From Bacteroidota bacterium (GTDB taxonomy: Bacteria; Bacteroidota; Bacteroidia; AKYH767-A; 2013-40CM-41-45): a DNA stretch of 64,000 nt. Location: the NCBI GenBank assembly GCA_026391945.1, contig JAPLDA010000076.1, positions 13,633 through 77,632 on the forward strand, written 5' to 3'. The position numbers were made by a program, and so were the translations under genes. This document shows positions 58,745 through 64,000 of the stretch, piece after piece (the stretch's first letter is position 1; every line of letters starts with the position of its first letter). A model generated the notes under the pieces. The model worked only from the letters and a program-made list of their open reading frames with translations, did no database searches and was not told the origin of the DNA.

Positions 58745-59524
58745 TTGTTCAGGAAATCCATGAACCCATTTCACCCCGATCCGAATACATTTTATCTTAT
58801 GAATGACGAACGATCTGCTGATCCGGGAAAAATTATCATTGCCATTGATGGTTATTCTTCCTGCGGCAAAAGCACACTGGCAAAAGCACTGGCCCGGACG
58901 CTGCATTATCATTTCATTGATTCCGGATCGATGTACCGCGCTGTTACCCATTACCTCGTTGAGCACGGCATTTCCCTCGATCAGCTTCATTCCTTGTCGC
59001 CCGTTGAGATGGAAGCATTGCTCGATAATATTCACATCACTTTTCGCGTGAACCCTTCAACCGGTTTTTCAGAAGTGCACTTGAACGGAAAAAATGTGGA
59101 GTCGTTTATCCGGGAGTTGAAAGTATCGGATCTTGTAAGCCCGGTGAGCGCTATCGCCGCCATCCGGAAAAGAATGGTGAAGCTTCAGCAGAGTTACGAC
59201 GATCATAAGGGAATTGTGATGGATGGAAGAGACATCGGTACCAAAGTTTTTCCTCACGCCGAATTGAAGATATTCATGACAGCCAACAATGCCATCCGCG
59301 CCAAAAGAAGATTCGATGAGCTTTGTGCCAAAGGGTATATGGTTACGATGGATGAAGTGTACCGGAACATCGAAGAGCGCGATTACGCCGATACCCACCG
59401 CTCGGAAAGTCCGTTAAGAAAAGCCGATGACGCCATCGTGCTGGATAACTCTGACATGAATGAACAACAACAACTGGATTTTGCATTGAACGAGTTGAAG
59501 AGAATGGGAGTTGAGATAAGTTAA
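58745..59524 (+). CDS. cmk: (d)CMP kinase
   Basis: IIIAIDGYSSCGKST P-loop and SGSMYRAVT. Start may be an internal Met near 58799. Confidence 0.85.
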   Translation: MFRKSMNPFHPDPNTFYLMNDERSADPGKIIIAIDGYSSCGKSTLAKALARTLHYHFIDSGSMYRAVTHYLVEHGISLDQLHSLSPVEMEALLDNIHITFRVNPSTGFSEVHLNGKNVESFIRELKVSDLVSPVSAIAAIRKRMVKLQQSYDDHKGIVMDGRDIGTKVFPHAELKIFMTANNAIRAKRRFDELCAKGYMVTMDEVYRNIEERDYADTHRSESPLRKADDAIVLDNSDMNEQQQLDFALNELKRMGVEIS

Positions 59525-59636
59525 AAGTTAAAAGTTCAAGATCATAAGCATCTCTGATCCCTTTTTTCAAAGTTGATCACTGCCTACTGCCCACTATGAA
59601 CTGCCCACTGTCAACCCAAAACCCTACCTTTGCCCA

Positions 59637-60635
59637 ATGAAAATCACCATCGATCCGCATTCAGGTTTTTGTTTTGGAGTTGTGTATGCCATCCAAATGG
59701 CGGAGGAAGAACTCGACCGTTCCGGAAAACTTTATTGTCTCGGCGATATCGTTCACAACAACATGGAAGTGGAAAGGCTTCGGTCAGCCATCCAAATGGC
59801 GGAGGAAGAACTCGACCGTTCCGGAAAACTTTATTGTCTCGGCGATATCGTTCACAACAACATGGAAGTGGAAAGGCTTCGGTCAAGAGGCCTTGAGATC
59901 ATTGATCATGAGCGAATGAAAACGCTGCACGATTGCAAGGTGCTGATCCGTGCTCATGGAGAACCGCCGGAAACATACCAGGTTGCTTTGAAGAACAACA
60001 TTGAACTGATCGATGCCTCATGCCCGGTTGTACTGAAACTTCAACACCGCGTGCGAACAAGTTTTGAAGATGTTGAAATCCATGATGGACAGATCGTCAT
60101 TTACGGAGAAGAAGGCCATGCAGAAGTGAACGGGCTTGTCGGCCAGACGGAAGGCAAAGCCATCATCGTAAAAACGGAAGAAGACTTGTCTAAAATTGAT
60201 TTTACCAAACCGGTTTATTTCTTTTCTCAAACAACGAAAAGCACGAAAGGTTTTGAGCAGATGAAAGAAATGATTCAGCAGCGTGTGATCAGCGCTACCG
60301 GTAACGATAACCCGGTTTCAGAAGAAGCCTTCGAATCGAACGACACCATTTGCCGCCAGGTTTCCAATCGTGAACCTCAATTGAAAAATTTTTCGCGGGA
60401 GCATGATGTGGTTGTTTTCGTGAGCGGGAAAAAGAGTTCGAACGGAAAAGCGCTTTATGAAGTATGCAAATCGGTTAACCCGGCCACCTATTTTGTTTCC
60501 GATGTGGATGAGATTCAATCAGCCTGGTTTGAAAAAGCCGCTTCAGTCGGGATCTGCGGCGCCACTTCCACACCGATGTGGCTGATGGAAAAAGTAGCGG
60601 AGTTTGTGAAACAACTGGCCACCACTGAGGTTTAG
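59637..60635 (+). CDS. ispH: 4-hydroxy-3-methylbut-2-enyl diphosphate reductase. Carries an in-frame 33-codon tandem duplication near the N-terminus.
   Basis: MKITIDPHSGFCFGVVYAI (Cys1 region), later Cys/His motifs, C-terminal GICGATSTP. Confidence 0.85.
   Translation: MKITIDPHSGFCFGVVYAIQMAEEELDRSGKLYCLGDIVHNNMEVERLRSAIQMAEEELDRSGKLYCLGDIVHNNMEVERLRSRGLEIIDHERMKTLHDCKVLIRAHGEPPETYQVALKNNIELIDASCPVVLKLQHRVRTSFEDVEIHDGQIVIYGEEGHAEVNGLVGQTEGKAIIVKTEEDLSKIDFTKPVYFFSQTTKSTKGFEQMKEMIQQRVISATGNDNPVSEEAFESNDTICRQVSNREPQLKNFSREHDVVVFVSGKKSSNGKALYEVCKSVNPATYFVSDVDEIQSAWFEKAASVGICGATSTPMWLMEKVAEFVKQLATTEV
59688..59885 (+). repeat. Perfect direct tandem duplication, 2 x 99 bp, inside ispH
   Basis: gccatccaaatggcggaggaagaactcgaccgttccggaaaactttattgtctcggcgatatcgttcacaacaacatggaagtggaaaggcttcggtca occurs at 59688-59786 and again at 59787-59885 with no mismatch. 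Confidence 0.9.
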
Positions 60636-60841
60636 GAACCATTCGTAAAAGCTGCGAATGGTTTGCATTTTCGACGATTCAGGTTCATCGGGTTGCATCC
60701 CCCAAATGACCTCAAAAAATCCCGGGATCCGCTAAGATTTCCTTTTTGATTTCCAGTAAATTTTAATACATTTGCGTCCCTTTTGGGTAAAAGGGATGAA
60801 TTGAAAAATTCATTATTGTCTAACCATTTTAAAAAGAATAA

Positions 60842-62803
60842 ATGATTACCGAAGCTGAAGAAATTACCAATCCATCCCCTGAAATTCCTGAAACCGTTGT
60901 GGCTGCGCCAAAACCGTTCATATTCAATTGGGATAGCGTCGACACCAAGGGTGGCGAAAATTATACTGCAGAAGAGCGAAGCCGTCTTGAACAGATTTAT
61001 GACAACACGCTGAACTCCGTTGTGGAGCACGAAATCGTGGAAGGAACCGTTGTTTCCATTTCTTCCAAAGATGTATTGATTAACATTGGATTCAAATCAG
61101 ACGGACTCGTTCCGCTGACAGAATTCCGCCACATGCCCGATTTGAAAATCGGCGATAAGGTGGAAGTATATGTAGAGACACAGGAAGACAAGAATGGCCA
61201 GTTAATTCTTTCTCACAAACAGGCACGCGCATTGAAATCATGGGATCGCGTGAATGCTGCTTTGGAAAAGGAAGAAGTGATCCAGGGTTTTGTAAAATGC
61301 CGCACCAAAGGCGGTTTGATCGTGGACGTATTCGGTATCGAAGCGTTCCTTCCGGGTTCGCAAATCGATGTGAAGCCAATCCGCGACTACGATCAGTTTG
61401 TCGGCAAGACGATGGAATTCAAAGTCGTTAAGATCAACAACGAATTCAAGAACGTAGTGGTATCTCATAAGATATTGATTGAAGAAGAACTCGAGCAGCA
61501 GAAAGCAGAAATCATGAAGAAGCTCGAGAAAGGCCAGGTTCTCGAAGGAACGGTGAAGAACATTACGTCGTACGGAGTATTCATGGATCTCGGGGGTGTC
61601 GACGGACTTCTGCACATCACGGATATTTCATGGGGAAGAATTTCCCATCCTGAAGAAGTTCTCAAACTCGATCAGAAAGTCAACGTGGTTATTCTTGATT
61701 TCGATGATGAGAAAAAGAGAATTGCTCTTGGTTTGAAACAACTCACTCCGCATCCTTGGTCACAGCTCGATGAAAATCTTAAAGTAGGCGATAAGGTAAA
61801 AGGTAAAGTGGTGGTGATTGCCGATTACGGCGCTTTCGTGGAAATCACACAAGGTGTGGAAGGATTGATTCACGTTTCAGAAATGTCGTGGTCGCAGCAT
61901 TTACGCAGCCCGCATGAGTTCCTGAAAGTAGCGGATGAAATAGAAGCCGTGATCCTCACCCTCGACCGCGAAGAGCGTAAAATGTCGCTTGGTATCAAAC
62001 AACTGAAACCGGATCCGTGGACGAATGTTGCATTGAAATATCCTGTAGGTTCCAAACATAAATCCACCGTAAAGAACTTCCAGAATTTCGGAGTGTTCGT
62101 TGAACTGGAAGAGGGAATCGACGGGCTGGTTCACATTTCTGATTTATCATGGCAGAAAAAAATCAAGCATCCTTCCGAGTTCTGCAAAATCGGCGATCCG
62201 ATGGAAGTGGTGGTGCTTGAAGTGGATGCTGAAAACCGCAGGCTCAGCCTTGGTCACAAGCAACTCGAAGACAATCCATGGGAAGTTTTTGAAACCATCT
62301 TCACCCTTGATTCCATTCATGAGGGAACGCTGATTAAACTCACCGACAAAGGCGCCATCATCGCATTGCCTTATGGCATCGAAGGATTCGCACCGGCCAA
62401 ACACCTCGTGAAGGAAGATGGAAGGACGTTGAAGGTTGACGAAAAAGCTGAGTTCAAGATTTTAGAATTCTCGAAGGAGAACAAACGGATTCTTGTTTCA
62501 CACAGCCGCCTGCATGAGGAAAAAACAATGCATGCCCGCAACGCTGAACATTCTGAAAAAGAAAGAGACCGCGATGAAGGAGCAAAAGCGGTGAAGAAAA
62601 TCAAGGAGAGCCAGGAGAAAACTACGCTTGGAGATCTTTCCGTTCTTTCCAATTTGAAAAATGAAATGGAAAGTGCCGAGAAGAAATCAAGAACTAAAAA
62701 AGCGGAAGAAGAAGCTGCAGTGAACGGTGCGGTGAATGGCGCCGTTAATGATTCTGCTTCTGAAGAAGTGAAAGCAAGCGAAGAAGAAAAGAAAGAAGAA
62801 TAA
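60842..62803 (+). CDS. rpsA: 30S ribosomal protein S1
   Basis: 653 aa; six S1 domains; C-terminal low-complexity tail (AAVNGAVNGAVND, EEEKKEE). Confidence 0.9.
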   Translation: MITEAEEITNPSPEIPETVVAAPKPFIFNWDSVDTKGGENYTAEERSRLEQIYDNTLNSVVEHEIVEGTVVSISSKDVLINIGFKSDGLVPLTEFRHMPDLKIGDKVEVYVETQEDKNGQLILSHKQARALKSWDRVNAALEKEEVIQGFVKCRTKGGLIVDVFGIEAFLPGSQIDVKPIRDYDQFVGKTMEFKVVKINNEFKNVVVSHKILIEEELEQQKAEIMKKLEKGQVLEGTVKNITSYGVFMDLGGVDGLLHITDISWGRISHPEEVLKLDQKVNVVILDFDDEKKRIALGLKQLTPHPWSQLDENLKVGDKVKGKVVVIADYGAFVEITQGVEGLIHVSEMSWSQHLRSPHEFLKVADEIEAVILTLDREERKMSLGIKQLKPDPWTNVALKYPVGSKHKSTVKNFQNFGVFVELEEGIDGLVHISDLSWQKKIKHPSEFCKIGDPMEVVVLEVDAENRRLSLGHKQLEDNPWEVFETIFTLDSIHEGTLIKLTDKGAIIALPYGIEGFAPAKHLVKEDGRTLKVDEKAEFKILEFSKENKRILVSHSRLHEEKTMHARNAEHSEKERDRDEGAKAVKKIKESQEKTTLGDLSVLSNLKNEMESAEKKSRTKKAEEEAAVNGAVNGAVNDSASEEVKASEEEKKEE

Positions 62804-62825
62804 TCGCTTTGTTCTGAAATAAAAA

Positions 62826-62857
62826 ACCTTTCGCTTCGATGCGGAAGGTTTTTTTTT
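62826..62857 (+). terminator. Rho-independent terminator after rpsA
   Basis: cctttcgc-ttcgat-gcggaagg followed by T9. Confidence 0.75.
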
Positions 62858-62974
62858 GACCTGAACCAGTTCTTTTTTAAACGAGGGAAAGCAAGATGAA
62901 AAAGTTAACAAGATAATTTTGAGATGGGTAATAATTATTCCGGAGATTTCACGTAAGTTTGAACCGCTTCTCCT

Positions 62975-63514
62975 ATGCAAAAACGATTACTGCTTAACAG
63001 TAAACATTTTGAAATCACCATCAGCAGGCTTTGTTACCAGCTGATCGAGAATCACAATGATTTTTCCCAATCCGCGCTGATCGGCTTGCAACCAAGGGGT
63101 GTTTTTGTGGCGAGGAGAATTCACCGCCGGCTTTCTGAGATTCTGAACAGTGAAAAAATTCTGATTGGTGACCTCGATATTACCTTTCACCGGGACGATT
63201 ACCGCCGGCGCGATATCATCCTGCCCAGCGAAACAAAACTGAATTTTTCGGTTGATGATAGAAAGGTGATCCTGATCGATGACGTCCTGTACACGGGAAG
63301 AACGATCAGGGCCGGCATGGATGCATTGCTCGATTTCGTCCGCGCCAAAAAAATTGAGTTGCTCACACTGGTCGACAGGCGCTACAGCCGCCATCTCCCG
63401 ATTGAGCCCGACTACATCGGGATCCAGGTGGATACCATCCTGTCGGAAAAAGTGAAAGTGTACTGGAAAGAAACGGACGGGGAAGATGCGGCATGGCTGA
63501 TAACAGAAAAATAG
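62975..63514 (+). CDS. pyrR: Bifunctional pyr operon regulator / uracil phosphoribosyltransferase
   Basis: 179 aa; PRPP-binding VILIDDVLYTGRTIRA; immediately upstream of pyrB. Confidence 0.85.
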   Translation: MQKRLLLNSKHFEITISRLCYQLIENHNDFSQSALIGLQPRGVFVARRIHRRLSEILNSEKILIGDLDITFHRDDYRRRDIILPSETKLNFSVDDRKVILIDDVLYTGRTIRAGMDALLDFVRAKKIELLTLVDRRYSRHLPIEPDYIGIQVDTILSEKVKVYWKETDGEDAAWLITEK

Positions 63515-63521
63515 ATTCGTG

Positions 63522-64000
63522 ATGATATCAAGGTTAAGTTCAAAACACCTCCTCGGAATCAAAGGCCTTTCAAAAGAAGACATTGAACTGATCTTGTCCA
63601 CCGCCGATAATTTCAAAGACGTTCTGAACCGGCCGGTAAAAAAAATTCCTTCGCTTCGCGACGTGACGATTGCGAATTTGTTTTTCGAAAATTCAACCCG
63701 CACCAGGTTGTCGTTCGAACTGGCCGAACGCAGGTTGTCGGCTGACGTGGTTAATTTCGCCGCTTCCTCTTCATCGGTGAGCAAGGGAGAAACCCTCATC
63801 GACACGGTTAAAAATATTCTCGCCATGAAAGTGGACATTGTGGTGATGCGTCATCCCAATCCCGGCGCCGCCGTATTCCTGGCCAAGCACATCGATTCAA
63901 AAATCATCAATGCCGGCGACGGCGCCCACGAGCATCCTACGCAGGCTTTGCTCGATGCGTATTCCATCCGGGAAAAATTCGGAGAGGTGAAAAATAAAAG
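63522..64000 (+). CDS. pyrB: Aspartate carbamoyltransferase catalytic subunit, 3' partial (runs off window)
   Basis: MISRLSSKHLLGIKGLSKEDIE...FENSTRTR (STRTR carbamoyl-phosphate motif) ... HPTQALLD. Confidence 0.85.
   Translation, partial: MISRLSSKHLLGIKGLSKEDIELILSTADNFKDVLNRPVKKIPSLRDVTIANLFFENSTRTRLSFELAERRLSADVVNFAASSSSVSKGETLIDTVKNILAMKVDIVVMRHPNPGAAVFLAKHIDSKIINAGDGAHEHPTQALLDAYSIREKFGEVKNK

Noticed and set aside
59688-59885. Possible CRISPR-like or minisatellite repeat
   Set aside because: Only two identical copies, no spacers, fully inside a coding frame. It is a simple tandem duplication.
59630-59919. ORFs 59630..59896 (+), 59644..59886 (-) and 59674..59919 (+) with internally repeated peptide sequence
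   Set aside because: They are artifacts of the 99-bp tandem duplication inside ispH read in other frames. The ispH frame is the only one with homology.
62687-63838. Minus-strand ORFs 62687..62980 and 62987..63838 (283 aa)
   Set aside because: Antisense to rpsA's 3' end and to pyrR/pyrB, which have strong homology. Composition is typical of shadow ORFs in a GC-richer coding region.

Overview
This 64 kb window looks like a chromosomal core region of a Bacteroidota genome, probably Chitinophagia or Sphingobacteriia-like. The evidence is the short 287-aa primary sigma factor RpoD, TAnnTTTG -7 promoter motifs, many T9SS C-terminal sorting domains, carboxypeptidase-regulatory-like TonB-dependent receptors paired with a DUF4249 lipoprotein, and the PorT-like and PorQ/PorP-like barrel proteins. 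Housekeeping genes dominate: aroK, rlmD, rocD, miaE, gcvT, trxB, rpoD, htrA, dapF, pdxH, ubiE/menG, cmk, ispH, rpsA, pyrR and pyrB. RNA genes are RNase P RNA (rnpB), two tRNA-Pro, and a tandem pair of tRNA-Leu. No CRISPR array, IS element, integrase or prophage is visible. The only mobile-element trace is a short ORF6N (KilA-N-like) remnant. The main observations worth a second look are: (1) a perfect in-frame 99-bp tandem duplication inside ispH; (2) a minus-strand run of four exported proteins (9693..12594): a sensor-kinase-like HATPase protein with no recognisable phospho-acceptor His box, a paralogous membrane protein, a small secreted His/Lys-rich peptide and a secreted TPR protein; (3) a 647-aa fusion of an AsmA-like membrane-anchored N-terminal region with a complete GT51 peptidoglycan transglycosylase domain; (4) a 7-heme c-type cytochrome lipoprotein with a TPR tail beside a secreted coiled-coil protein; (5) two paralogous T9SS type-B cargo proteins sharing a Cys-rich N-terminal domain; (6) a GAPDH homolog with a ~130-aa N-terminal extension. 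Coordinates of RNA genes, promoters and terminators come from manual reading and may be off by a few nucleotides.
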